Below are positions 51,818 to 62,565 of a stretch of DNA of 64,000 bases, piece by piece. Each line of letters begins with the position of its first letter. Position 1 is the stretch's first letter. A program made the translations under genes and the position numbers. The DNA comes from an uncultured cyanobacterium (GTDB lineage: Bacteria > Cyanobacteriota > Cyanobacteriia > Cyanobacteriales > Nostocaceae). The stretch lies in the NCBI GenBank assembly GCA_963740315.1, contig CAVUDP010000001.1:1216001-1280000 (forward strand). The letters run 5' to 3'. A model generated the notes under the pieces. The model was not told the DNA's origin and did no database searches. It was given only the letters and a program-made list of their open reading frames with translations.

Positions 51818-52177
51818 AAATACTTTAATTAGCTGCAAAATAAAATTCTTTTCATATTTTCTCCTGATAACACCGCATCTGAAACAACATACACTTTTGA
51901 TATGTTTTATTAAGAAAATGTAGGATGGACAATGAACATCCTACATTAATTTTGCGTCCCTCTATTAGCTATAAAGTTCATGATTTAATTGCATAACTCC
52001 GGATAAAAACTCTTAATATTTTAGATATTGGATTTTGGATTGTTTTTTCTGTCGATCAACTCTACTCTTAAAAAAAAGAATAGAGTTTGTTTTAGAGGAT
52101 GTTTTAATAACCACCAGGTTAAGTATAAAATTAGATTTTTACGCACATCCTCTTAGACGTAAATTTTATATTAACTA

Positions 52178-53401
52178 TTAACTACTAACTGCTACAGTAT
52201 TTAAATTTAAAGTCGTATTATTGTTAATTTGCCAATACTTATAAGCCGCATAAGCAAAGGTAACAACTCCAACAATTATGGCGGATTCGTCAACTTCAAA
52301 TTTAGGATGATGTAATGGGTGATTCACTTCTCTATCTGTAAAGCCTACACCCAAACGGAACATCGAACCCGGTGCTTTTTCTAAGTACATAGAAAAATCT
52401 TCTGAGCCGAGAGAAGGTTCGGGTAAAACCTGTACGCATGAACTACCCCATGCTTCTTCTGCTGCTGATTGCAATATTTGGGTAAGTACTAAATCGTTTT
52501 GGACGCTGGGTACACCTTGACGATAATTAACTTGGTATTTCGCACCGTAGCAATCGCAAACGCTTTTGACAATATTTTCAATCCAATTGGGAAGATTGGC
52601 GCGGCTTTCTGGATGCAGCGATCGCACTGTTCCTTGTAAGCGCACGGTGTCGGCGATGATATTGGGCGCTCTACCACCGTCGATTTTTCCTATGCTTAAT
52701 ACTACCGGATGTAAGGGATTCTGGGTACGCCCGATCGCTTGTTGTAGCGTGGTAATTACCTGTGCGGCGATCCAAATCGCGTCTATTGCTTGATGTGGGC
52801 GTGCGCCGTGTCCCGATTCGCCAGTTATAATAATCTCTAATTCGTCTGCTGCTGAAGTTAAAGCACCGTAACGCACGCCAACCGATCCCGCAGGTATCGA
52901 AGGAAAAACGTGAATTCCCAAAATACTATCTACATTATCCATCGCTCCATCTGCAACCATCCAGCTGGCACCTTGAGCAATTTCTTCTGCTGGCTGAAAT
53001 ATAAACCGTACTTTTCCGGCTAACTCATGCGATAACTTAGACAAAATCATTGCCGTACCCAAACCCACCGTGGTATGGACATCATGACCGCAAGCGTGCA
53101 TAATACCTTGGTTGCGAGAAGTAAAATCCAATGATGCTAATTCCTGAATCGGTAAAGCATCCATATCGGTACGAATAGCCAAAATACGCTCATCGCTACC
53201 ATTCCCTTCAAGTTCCCCAACCACGCCGGTTTTACCAACATTTTCTTCTACGTGAATACCGTTAGAAGACAAAACCCCAGCCACAAAAGCCGCCGTCTGG
53301 AACTCTTCACCACTGAGTTCCGGATGAGAATGAACGTGGCGACGAATTTCAATCAAACGCGGTGCTAATTCTTTTGCTAAATCTTTAATACGAGAAAGCA
53401 T
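52178..53401 (-). CDS. M20D family amidohydrolase
   Basis: HSHPELS, RTDMDAL, HACGHD, FQPAEE, GHGARPH, SEDFS and LHHPKF. Confidence 0.95.
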   Translation of the reverse strand: MLSRIKDLAKELAPRLIEIRRHVHSHPELSGEEFQTAAFVAGVLSSNGIHVEENVGKTGVVGELEGNGSDERILAIRTDMDALPIQELASLDFTSRNQGIMHACGHDVHTTVGLGTAMILSKLSHELAGKVRFIFQPAEEIAQGASWMVADGAMDNVDSILGIHVFPSIPAGSVGVRYGALTSAADELEIIITGESGHGARPHQAIDAIWIAAQVITTLQQAIGRTQNPLHPVVLSIGKIDGGRAPNIIADTVRLQGTVRSLHPESRANLPNWIENIVKSVCDCYGAKYQVNYRQGVPSVQNDLVLTQILQSAAEEAWGSSCVQVLPEPSLGSEDFSMYLEKAPGSMFRLGVGFTDREVNHPLHHPKFEVDESAIIVGVVTFAYAAYKYWQINNNTTLNLNTVAVSS

Positions 53402-53487
53402 AGATTAATTCTTCTACGAGCTTTTTTCCTATCATAAAGAAATGTAACGCTTATTACCGTTCAATTTATACAAAATATTTAGAAATT

Positions 53488-53763
53488 GGGGATTGGGGAT
53501 GGGGAGAGGGGGAGATGGGGAGAGGGGGAGATGGGGAGATGGGGAGAGGGGGAGAGGGGGAGATGGGGAGATGGGGAGATGGGGAGATGGGGAGATGGGG
53601 AGAGGGGGAGATGGGGAGATGGGGAGATGGGGAGAGGGGGAGATGGGGAGATGGGGAGAGGGGGAGATGGGGAGAGGGGGAGAGGGGGAGATGGGGAGAT
53701 GGGGAGATGGGGAGAGGGGGAGATGGGGAGAGGGGGAGATGGGGAGAGGGGGAGATGGGGAGA
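53488..53763 (+). repeat. Long (GGGGAGA[T/G])n octamer array, roughly 33 units
   Basis: Read directly. It is the source of four low-complexity ORFs. Confidence 0.97.
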
Positions 53764-53845
53764 AATAATATTCATAACTCCGGTGGTTTTAACTATCCCC
53801 ATTCACCGTAGGTGGGAGGTAGCCCAATGCCCAATACCCCATGCC

Positions 53846-54301
53846 CTATTCCCCATTTTTTATTCTTTCTTCTTGAATTAGCGTGCGTTTGAATACTCTA
53901 TTCTCTTTAAACCAATGCCAAGTACGGAAACGATGGTTGTTGCACGGACTAATATTAATCATTTCATACAAATAAGCATTGGGCATTCCTTTATAGGAAA
54001 ACCATAAAATAATCGTTGAATCATCAACTTCCCAAGCTTTTCCAATAATGCGATCGGTATCAAATATCAGCTTTTTATCTTGATAAGTTCCAGGGAATTG
54101 ATGTTCTTCTTGTTTGCCATCTGCCCAAGTATAACGATTGATTTGGTTATAAGAATAATCACTAGATTCAGGAAACTCACAGATTAAATGCGATTCATGC
54201 TTATCAATAATTTTTCCTTCACTGTCAACTACTGTATAAGTACCTTTCCACTCTCCTTGGTGACGAAAAAGTACCGGCATTCCTTCTTTAATATTTGACA
54301 T
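53846..54301 (-). CDS. DUF3598-like calycin/beta-barrel protein
   Basis: N-terminal GEWKGTY (GxW lipocalin-like motif), beta-rich, ending RTWHWF...RTLIQEER. Confidence 0.7.
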   Translation of the reverse strand: MSNIKEGMPVLFRHQGEWKGTYTVVDSEGKIIDKHESHLICEFPESSDYSYNQINRYTWADGKQEEHQFPGTYQDKKLIFDTDRIIGKAWEVDDSTIILWFSYKGMPNAYLYEMINISPCNNHRFRTWHWFKENRVFKRTLIQEERIKNGE

Positions 54302-54414
54302 AATTATAAGTTAGGAGTTATGAGTTATGAGTTATTAATCAGTGTCATCAGTGTCATCCATTTAATCAGTGTTCGGAGTTAATTGATAACTGATAACTGT
54401 TCACTGTTCACTGA

Positions 54415-55827
54415 TTAAAACCACCAAGGATCGTAATTATCGTTAGTTTTAATCAAAAATGCTTTTTTCCGCATGAATCTTGTTAATGCTGATGCACCCA
54501 TGCGGGAACCTCCTAAACCAGAAAATTTAAAGGCGTTTTTCTCGGCTTCGTGCATCATGGCTGTTAAACCTGCATCGTTAATACTTATTGCACCGGCATC
54601 AATTTGACGCGCTATTTCTAATGCTTCATCTATCGATTCGGAAAATACCGCAGCGCTTAATCCATAATAGGTGTCGTTTGCTAATTCTATGGCTTCTTCT
54701 ACTGTAAAAAAGGACATGATTGGCATTATCGGACCAAATGTTTCTTCGTTCATTATCTTCATTTCGTGATTGACTTCCGTAATAACCGTCGGATGACACC
54801 ACCAACCACCACCGAATTCTTCTACTTCTCCACCACTGTGAATTATGGCTCCTTTTGCTACTGCATCTTTTAAATGTTCGCTGATAATTGCTGCTTGTCT
54901 TTCGGAAATAATTGGACCGATTTCTCCACTTTCTAAAGTTGGATAAGCAAGGTTTAACTTATGTGCTTTGGCTACAATTTTATGATAAAACTCTTCATAA
55001 ATATCTTTAGCTACATAAATTCTTTCTATTGATAAACATGACTGTCCGCTATTGACTACAGAACCCCATAATAAAGCTGAAGTTGCTAACTCTATATCTG
55101 CTGATTCTAAAACAATTGCTGGGTCTTTTCCTCCCAATTCTAAGAAAGCAGGAATGAAACGTTGTGCGGCAGCAATCGCAACTTGTTGTCCTGTCTCGAC
55201 ACTACCTGTAAAGCATACTAAGTCTACGTTTTCTACTACAGTTGCCCCTGTTTTACCATCTCCTTCGACAAAAGTCAATATCTCTCGTAGTTGCGGTACT
55301 GCGTTCACTGCATTCATTAGAGGTGCCATAAATCGCGGGGTAATTTCACTAGGTTTAACAATCACCGCACAACCCGCTAATAATGCAGGAACAGTATCAA
55401 TAGTTGATAATAATAAAGGAAAATTCCAAGGGCTGATAACGCCGACTAAAGAATAAGGTACTGCTGTTTGCTGCAAATTAATAAACGAAATTGAGGTTCC
55501 TTTTTCCGTGTCTTGCAACAACCTTGAACCTAAGCGGCACCATTTGTCAATACCCGAAAGAAACGAGTCAATTTCTAACTTGGACTCTCGAAATCTTCCC
55601 GTATCAATTACTAAAGCTTCTAATAAATTATCCTGGGTTGAATATATAGCATCCTTCCACTCTCGTAAAGCTTCAATTCGCCCATTTAAACCCAAATCAA
55701 ACCAGCTTTTTTGCGCTCTTCGCAAACGATTGCATTGCTGTATTAAAAGCTTTTCCGGGGGCGGTATAATTACATAATCATATTTTCCCGTGCGGGGATT
55801 GCGGATTTCGATTGGTTTGGACATCAC
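54415..55827 (-). CDS. Aldehyde dehydrogenase
   Basis: SPWNFP, KPSE, FTGS, catalytic Glu in LELGGKDP, catalytic Cys in GQSCLS, and EETFGP. Confidence 0.95.
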   Translation of the reverse strand: MMSKPIEIRNPRTGKYDYVIIPPPEKLLIQQCNRLRRAQKSWFDLGLNGRIEALREWKDAIYSTQDNLLEALVIDTGRFRESKLEIDSFLSGIDKWCRLGSRLLQDTEKGTSISFINLQQTAVPYSLVGVISPWNFPLLLSTIDTVPALLAGCAVIVKPSEITPRFMAPLMNAVNAVPQLREILTFVEGDGKTGATVVENVDLVCFTGSVETGQQVAIAAAQRFIPAFLELGGKDPAIVLESADIELATSALLWGSVVNSGQSCLSIERIYVAKDIYEEFYHKIVAKAHKLNLAYPTLESGEIGPIISERQAAIISEHLKDAVAKGAIIHSGGEVEEFGGGWWCHPTVITEVNHEMKIMNEETFGPIMPIMSFFTVEEAIELANDTYYGLSAAVFSESIDEALEIARQIDAGAISINDAGLTAMMHEAEKNAFKFSGLGGSRMGASALTRFMRKKAFLIKTNDNYDPWWF

Positions 55828-55861
55828 AATTTTAGATTTTGGATTTTGGATTGTAAAAGTT

Positions 55862-56905
55862 TTATTCAGTATTACCTATGCCCATTTTTTCAATAACTTC
55901 CTGCTGTGTTTTAATAAAATGTTTACGTTCTATTTCGCCTTCTAACATGGTATTAGGTGGATATAATTTTGTTTGCGCGTAAGTTTCTGCGTAAAGTTCA
56001 AATCGCTGACGAGCAAGTAAGTTATTTAACCCCGGACGTTTTCTATAACGACGTAATGCAGCCAAATCTATTTGGGCAAAGGCTGCCATGCTTTCACCCG
56101 CACCCGTTTCTGACAGCACTATACCGCGATAATCGATGATTTTGGAACCTCCATCGACGGAGGCGGCGGGTATGGGGGTATTTACGATTCCGGCGGTATT
56201 TGAGGAAACTACGTAAACCATGTTTTCGACGGCGCGGGATATTTTGGCGGCTTGTTTGGGGGCTAATTCTTTACCGTAGACTTCTGATGTAGGATGTAAA
56301 ATTATCTCTGCTCCCCGGATTGTTAAACATCTGGCTACTTCGGGGAATAAAATTTCGTCGGATGCGATCGCTGCTAAGTTGCCGATTTCTGTTTTAGCTA
56401 CGGGAAAAACTCCTTCTAAACCGTAACAATCTAAATACTTATCCCAAACATCGTGGGGTGTGGGTGCAAACATCGAGTTTAATCGACGATAGCGTAATAT
56501 TATTGAGCCTGTGGGATCGATCGCAAAACAAGTTTGAAAGTATAATCCGGGAAAGTTGGGGTCTAATTCGTAGGCGTTTCCGGCAATAAATATACTATGC
56601 TTTTGAGCAATTTTACTTAAGGCTTCGTATTCTACACCCTGCATTTCTAAACAAGCTTTTTCTGCCCATGCATCGATTGATTCTCCCAAGGGGAAACCTG
56701 TAAGGAAGTATTCGGGCAATACTATTAAACGACAATCAGAACCAATAAAAGCAATGCTCGCGGCGATTTGTTGGCTTAAGCGTTCGATCGTATCAAGCAT
56801 CAATTCGCTGGCTTCTGAGCGGGTAGTTGCGCGGTTGACTGCATGACAAGTAACTTGCAGCGCTAAGGCAATAAATGATTCTGTTAAGTTGGTTTTGGCT
56901 ATCAT
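55862..56905 (-). CDS. Nitrilase-superfamily C-N hydrolase with an atypical active site
   Basis: LPEYF, YRR, IASDEILFPE, GAEII, RAVEN and GGSKII. Confidence 0.88.
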   Translation of the reverse strand: MIAKTNLTESFIALALQVTCHAVNRATTRSEASELMLDTIERLSQQIAASIAFIGSDCRLIVLPEYFLTGFPLGESIDAWAEKACLEMQGVEYEALSKIAQKHSIFIAGNAYELDPNFPGLYFQTCFAIDPTGSIILRYRRLNSMFAPTPHDVWDKYLDCYGLEGVFPVAKTEIGNLAAIASDEILFPEVARCLTIRGAEIILHPTSEVYGKELAPKQAAKISRAVENMVYVVSSNTAGIVNTPIPAASVDGGSKIIDYRGIVLSETGAGESMAAFAQIDLAALRRYRKRPGLNNLLARQRFELYAETYAQTKLYPPNTMLEGEIERKHFIKTQQEVIEKMGIGNTE

Positions 56906-57423
56906 GCCGATTTTATCTAACTTATATAATTATCAATACTGCTGTTATTTGAGCAGACATTGGGTTAGATGACAAGATTTTATTGTAAATAGTGGATGGG
57001 TAGAGGAGCCATTGCGTGGGGGAGACAACGGAGAAAAGAAGAGATGAGGTAGATTTTTAATCCAAAATCCCTTAGTTGTAACTCCTAATTCTTAATTCCA
57101 GCCTCAAATAAAAAAAAGACGAATTATTTCAAGTCATCCTTCCTTAGAGTGATTTATAATTTATTACTTTTTGCAAATTGAATGTATTGTATTAATGTAG
57201 TAAATTTAGCGATATATAGATTAAAAATTGACTTAAGTTAAAAATATAATTTAACGGCTAAATTTTTGCTTAATAATTTACGAATGGATAGCTAAAAGTT
57301 TAGCTGTTTAAAAAGTTTTACTAAAAAAAATCAGAAAACTGTAACATTCTCTTGACTAATTTTTTACTCTACAAAGAGCATAATCTCAAGCAGGAATGAT
57401 TAAAAGGATATAGGAAAAGGTTA

Positions 57424-60400
57424 ATGACACAAACACCTTCTGAAACCAGAGATTTTTTTATCATCGCGATTGGAGCCTCAGCCGGAGGTGTACAGGCTTT
57501 AGAAGCATTTTTTAGTAATTTACCAGATCATCCAGGTGCAGCTTTTGTAGTTATACAGCATTTGTCTCCCGACTATAAAAGCATGATGGCGGAAATCATT
57601 CAAAGAAAAACTCAATTACCCGTTCATGAAATTATCGATGGTACAATTATCGAACCAAGTCATGCTTACGTTTTGCCACCGGGTAAACTTGTAACTCTCA
57701 AAAACGGACAGTTACGTTTGGAAAAAAGAAATCGTTCTTTTGGTTATCCTGTCAATAAATTTTTTAAATCCGCAGCGCAACAATGGGGTGAAAAAGTAGT
57801 CGGTATTGTGCTATCGGGAACGGGAAATGATGGTACTGAAGGGTTAAAGACGATTAGCGAAGCGGGTGGTATTGGTTTGGTACAGTCACCCGAAACCGCT
57901 CAATTTAATTCTATGCCCAGTAGTGCGATTCCCAGCGGTTTAGTAGATGAAATTCTTTCTCCTCAAGATTTAGCTCGGACTGTTTTTGAATTAATTCGCT
58001 TTTCACAAAAAAATCCGTCTATTTCGCCGCAGGATATCACTTTAATTGATACAGATAGATTGCAGCAAATTTTAAATATTCTTGCCGAGCATGAAGATAT
58101 TGATTTTTCACATTATAAAATTAGTACTCTTGCCAGAAGGATACATCGACGTTGCGCTTTAACTAATAGCAGTGGTTTAAAAAACTATATTAGTTTATTA
58201 AAAGATTCGGAAGAAGAACAAAAATTATTACGCCAAGACTTACTTATTGGGGCTACCTGCTTTTTTCGCGATCGCCCTGCATGGGAATATATAGAAAACG
58301 AAATATTACCCTCAATTGTCGCTAATTTACAACCGCTACAGCAATTAAGAGTTTGGGTTTCAGCTTGCGCTACGGGGGAAGAAGCCTATACGATGGCAAT
58401 ACTGATTAACGAAGCGGTGGAGAAAAGCGGTAAATCGTTACATATCAAAGTATTCGCTACTGATGTAGACACCAACGCTTTAGAAGTTGCAGCCAGAGGT
58501 ATTTATCCCCAAAGCATCAATCATGATATATCTCCCGAACTTTTAGAAAAATACTTTGTCCATAATGGCGATCGCTATCAAGTAAAGCATTTTTTGCGGG
58601 AAATATTAATTATTGCACCGCACGATTTAACTAAAAATGCCGGTTTTTCTAAAATGCATATGATTAGCTGCCGCAACGTACTAATTTATATGCAGCCGCA
58701 TCTCCAGCAGCAAGTATTGCGACTGCTACATTTTGCGATCGCTCCTACTGGTATTCTATTTTCAGGTAGTTCGGAAACTTTGGGAGATTTAAACGAAGAA
58801 TTTATCCCCCTCAATTCCAAATGGAAAATTTTCCGTAAAAAACGAGATGTTTCCTTATCTCTTGCACCACTAACACGACAACCAATAATTACGCCGATTC
58901 CTTCCTATGTACGTGGAAAACCCAGACACAATCAATTTGATAAAGTATTAGGAGAAGTCTTTAATTACTGTTTGGCAGAAAGACAATTAACGTGTGTGAT
59001 GGTTAACCGTGAAAATCAAATGGTAAGAGTATTTCATAACTCTGCCAGATTGCTGGATTATCCAGTAGGTGAATCAATATTAGATATTGTCGAAATTATT
59101 CATCCCAGCTTAAAATTACCTTTATCTACAGCATTACACCGTGCTAAACGCGATGGAGAAATGCTGGTATATAACGGAATTAAATTTAATCGAGGTGAAG
59201 GAGAAGAAAGAGTCAGATTAAAAGTAGGTTCGGATACCAAAAGTAGCCAGATTGAAGAATTTTTGATTGTTGTATTAGAAGTTGAAAACGAAGTATCTTC
59301 GACAGCAGACAAGTCAGCACCGAGTTTTGAAATCGACAAGGAAGCCGCACAGCAAATTACCGAACTTCAATACGAATTACAGCAAACTCGCGAAAATCTT
59401 CAAGTAACCATTGAAGAACTTGAAACTACCAACGAAGAGCAGCAAGCAACCAACGAAGAACTTCTTGCTTCCAACGAAGAACTGCAAAGTACCAACGAAG
59501 AACTACAGTCAGTTAATGAAGAATTATATACGATTAACGCCGAATATCAATCCAAAATTCAAGAATTAACTCAACTAAATAACGACATTGACAACTTACT
59601 CCGCTCTACAGATATTGGAGTAGTATTCCTCGATCGCCAACTTAATATTCGCAAATTTACACCCGCAGCAACCCGCGCAATTAATATTAGAAATTCCGAT
59701 GTTGAACGTCCTTTAGCGCATTTTACCCATAATTTAGACTGCCCTAATTTAGTAGAAATAATTCAAAAAGTCGTTGATACTAAGAATATAAGCGAAGAAG
59801 AAGTTTGTATTACTTCAACTGGCGAACAATTATTAATGCGGGTTAATCCCTATCTGCGAGACAATGGCGCTAACGACGGTGTTGTGCTGACATTTGTAAA
59901 TATCGACGAACTCAAAAAGATACAGCAAGAGTTACATCAAGCTAACGCATTATTAGAAAATTTATACGCTACAAGTCCGGTAGGTTTAAGTTTACACGAC
60001 CAAGACTTGAAATATTTGCGGATTAACCAAGCTTTAGCCGACATCAACGGTTTATCGATTGAAGAGCATATAGGTAAAACTTTTAAAGAGTTATTACCCA
60101 ATTTAGCCGATAGGGTAGAATCAATTTTACATCAAGTGCTAGAAACTGGTAAACCAATTTGTAATCTTGAAATTCAAGGAATTACACCAGCAATTCCCCA
60201 AGTAGTACGATATTGGTATGCAAGTTATTATCCCGTAGATTTACTCGATGGCAAGCGGGGAGTAGGTACAGTAATCATAGAAATTACCGAACGCAAGCAT
60301 ATAGAAGAACAACTTTTGCGTCAAAATCAAGCTTTAGAAGATGCGATCGCAATTGCTCAAGCAGCAGATTCGGCTAACCAAGCTAAAAGCGAGTTTCTAG

Positions 60401-61503
60401 CAAACATCAGCCATGAAATCCGCACTCCGATGAATGCAGTATTGGGTGTGAGTCAATTATTAGAATACACCGATTTGAATCCCAGACAAAGTAGCCTATT
60501 AGTAAAACTGAGAAGCAATGGAGAAAGATTATTAGGAATTATCAACGATGTTCTCGATTTATCCAAAATTGAAGCTAGGGAACTGCGGTTAAATGAAGTC
60601 GCATTCAATTTAGATAGTCTCGGTGAAAATCTACTTCATTTGTTTGCAACTCAAGCTGAAGAGAAAGGACTTGAATTAACAATTGAAATTTCATCCGATG
60701 TTCCGATAAATTTAATCGGTGATGATTTTCGTCTGCAACAAGTATTAAGTAATTTAATCGGTAATGCCATTAAATTTACCGATATTGGAGAAGTATCAGT
60801 TAACATCAAAAGTGAAACTCAAGATACGGCTCAATCTTGGGTAAAACTAAATTTTAGCGTTACAGATACAGGTATTGGTATCGACCCAAATTTACAAGAA
60901 AATTTGTTTCAACCATTTACTCAAGCCGACGGTAGTACAACTCGTAAATATGGCGGTACTGGCTTAGGGCTAACAATTTGTAGGCGGATTATAGACTTAA
61001 TGGGAGGAGAAATCGGCGTTGAAACTCATCCGGGTTCCGGTTCTACATTTTGGTTTACGGTTAGCTTTGACTTAGCCGAAAATACCCTACAACCCGATTT
61101 ACAACCAATTCCAAAAGTAGATTTACCTAAAGCTAAAAACCTTAAAATACTATTAGTAGAAGATTACCCTGATAACTGCGACATTGTAATATTTATGCTT
61201 GAAGAATTGGGTTATGAAGCAGAAGTAGTCGGTGACGGACGACAAGCATTAAAAAAACTCGCGCAAAGCGACTACCACATAGTTTTTATGGACTGTCAAA
61301 TGCCCGTAATGGATGGTTACGAAGCCACCCGTCAATTGCGTGAAATAGAGGGAGAACAGCTTCATACTATAATTATCGGTTTAACTGCCAACGCCATGTA
61401 TGATGACAAAGAAAAATGTTTAGCTGCCGGTATGGATGATTACTTAAGTAAACCCGTGACGATCGAAGATTTGGAACGGGTTTTAGGAAGTTTTGAAGGA
61501 TAA
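57424..61503 (+). CDS. CheB-CheR-PAS-PAS-histidine kinase-receiver hybrid
   Basis: CheB GASAGG/QHL/GNDG, Che[24 protein letters not shown], a NEELQS coiled coil, SHEIRTP, GGTGLGL and receiver FMDCQMP. Confidence 0.95.
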   Translation: MTQTPSETRDFFIIAIGASAGGVQALEAFFSNLPDHPGAAFVVIQHLSPDYKSMMAEIIQRKTQLPVHEIIDGTIIEPSHAYVLPPGKLVTLKNGQLRLEKRNRSFGYPVNKFFKSAAQQWGEKVVGIVLSGTGNDGTEGLKTISEAGGIGLVQSPETAQFNSMPSSAIPSGLVDEILSPQDLARTVFELIRFSQKNPSISPQDITLIDTDRLQQILNILAEHEDIDFSHYKISTLARRIHRRCALTNSSGLKNYISLLKDSEEEQKLLRQDLLIGATCFFRDRPAWEYIENEILPSIVANLQPLQQLRVWVSACATGEEAYTMAILINEAVEKSGKSLHIKVFATDVDTNALEVAARGIYPQSINHDISPELLEKYFVHNGDRYQVKHFLREILIIAPHDLTKNAGFSKMHMISCRNVLIYMQPHLQQQVLRLLHFAIAPTGILFSGSSETLGDLNEEFIPLNSKWKIFRKKRDVSLSLAPLTRQPIITPIPSYVRGKPRHNQFDKVLGEVFNYCLAERQLTCVMVNRENQMVRVFHNSARLLDYPVGESILDIVEIIHPSLKLPLSTALHRAKRDGEMLVYNGIKFNRGEGEERVRLKVGSDTKSSQIEEFLIVVLEVENEVSSTADKSAPSFEIDKEAAQQITELQYELQQTRENLQVTIEELETTNEEQQATNEELLASNEELQSTNEELQSVNEELYTINAEYQSKIQELTQLNNDIDNLLRSTDIGVVFLDRQLNIRKFTPAATRAINIRNSDVERPLAHFTHNLDCPNLVEIIQKVVDTKNISEEEVCITSTGEQLLMRVNPYLRDNGANDGVVLTFVNIDELKKIQQELHQANALLENLYATSPVGLSLHDQDLKYLRINQALADINGLSIEEHIGKTFKELLPNLADRVESILHQVLETGKPICNLEIQGITPAIPQVVRYWYASYYPVDLLDGKRGVGTVIIEITERKHIEEQLLRQNQALEDAIAIAQAADSANQAKSEFLANISHEIRTPMNAVLGVSQLLEYTDLNPRQSSLLVKLRSNGERLLGIINDVLDLSKIEARELRLNEVAFNLDSLGENLLHLFATQAEEKGLELTIEISSDVPINLIGDDFRLQQVLSNLIGNAIKFTDIGEVSVNIKSETQDTAQSWVKLNFSVTDTGIGIDPNLQENLFQPFTQADGSTTRKYGGTGLGLTICRRIIDLMGGEIGVETHPGSGSTFWFTVSFDLAENTLQPDLQPIPKVDLPKAKNLKILLVEDYPDNCDIVIFMLEELGYEAEVVGDGRQALKKLAQSDYHIVFMDCQMPVMDGYEATRQLREIEGEQLHTIIIGLTANAMYDDKEKCLAAGMDDYLSKPVTIEDLERVLGSFEG

Positions 61504-61539
61504 TAATTAATTATTAGTTATCATTTATCAGTTATAAAT

Positions 61540-61679
61540 GTAGGTTGGGTTAGGCACATAAAAGATATTGTTTTCAACGAGTAGTTTAATTTTTTGCCGT
61601 AACCCAAAATTGGATTCTTCGTATATTAAAATAACTCAAATTCGACTAAACATAATGTTAGGTTACTAACACAACCTAC
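61540..61679. repeat. GTAG-type REP/REPIN-like element, copy 3 (degenerate right arm)
   Basis: GTAGGTTGGGTTAGG...CCGTAACCCAA...CTAACACAACCTAC. Confidence 0.8.
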
Positions 61680-61705
61680 AATCTATAATCTATAGTTAAT
61701 TTTAA

Positions 61706-62191
61706 TTAGCTCCTGAAAACTGCTTTAGCCATTCCAACTTCTTCTACGCTTGTAGACTTGTTGTCCTTTTTGAATTCAAAACTTTTAGAAACTGGTCCGT
61801 GAAAAAACAAAGTCCATGCTTCTTTATCATCCTCAATCCAAATAGAATGGTATTTTTTAGCAGACCGAAAGATGATTGAACCTGGTCGATACCACTTTAC
61901 ACCATTATCAGTTCTCTCCCAATAACCACCTTTCAAAATAATACTAATATTGAACCAAGGATGATTATGTAATACTCCCTTGTACCATTCCGGACGATCC
62001 ATAATGTGATTCAATGTCAGATTAAACCACTTATTGCTAGGAAATAATATAAAATGTGTATCTTGCCGAGGTTCTTTCTGTTCTTTATCGTTATAAGCTG
62101 TTAAGCAAGGTCGAGATTCTAGATATTTTTGGAAAATTTTGCTAATCATACAATTAATCTCATAAAAAATACTTTTTCCAGACTGAATCAA
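61706..62191 (-). CDS. Cupin-fold hypothetical protein
   Basis: LHNHPW...IILKGGYWE and PGSIIFRSAKKYHSI...WTLFFHGP give a His-His-Glu-His ligand pattern. Confidence 0.7.
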   Translation of the reverse strand: MIQSGKSIFYEINCMISKIFQKYLESRPCLTAYNDKEQKEPRQDTHFILFPSNKWFNLTLNHIMDRPEWYKGVLHNHPWFNISIILKGGYWERTDNGVKWYRPGSIIFRSAKKYHSIWIEDDKEAWTLFFHGPVSKSFEFKKDNKSTSVEEVGMAKAVFRS

Positions 62192-62565
62192 TTATAGTTT
62201 TATTTCAAGCTATGTAATACACAAAACCAAGATAAAATATATTAATAATTATTACATTTCTAGATATGAAGTGAATTGGCTAAAAATTTCTCGTTTGATT
62301 TTTTTACTTTACTTATCCAGCCTGATTAATAAGTCATAATTATGAGTGAAATCTTCTTCCGTTACAAGGAAAGTTAACTTAACTGTTTTCGCAGTGAAAT
62401 TTACTTGAATGCATTCACAATTAAAATGAATCTTGAGTCGGCGCGAGCCATATTTTTGAGTTAACTTTTCTAAAAGCAAAATTACTAAACTAGTGCGATC
62501 GAGAACACTCAGAAGTTTTTTAACCGCGAGCAGGCAACAATATTATATTCCTAACTCCCTGACTC

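Noticed and set aside
53444..53457. NtcA-like GTA-N8-TAC upstream of the M20 amidohydrolase
   Set aside because: No -10 box lies at the canonical 22-23 nt spacing, and the motif arises often by chance in AT-rich DNA.
53479..53881. ORFs of GDGEMGRW/SPSPHLP repeats (also at 1338-1777, 34193-34429 and 49318-49594)
   Set aside because: They are translations of stop-free octamer arrays that are open in several frames on both strands. There is no evidence they code for protein.
62192..62565. Possible riboswitch or ncRNA in this spacer (also 27375-27576)
   Set aside because: I could not recognise any family consensus by eye. An Infernal/Rfam scan would be needed.
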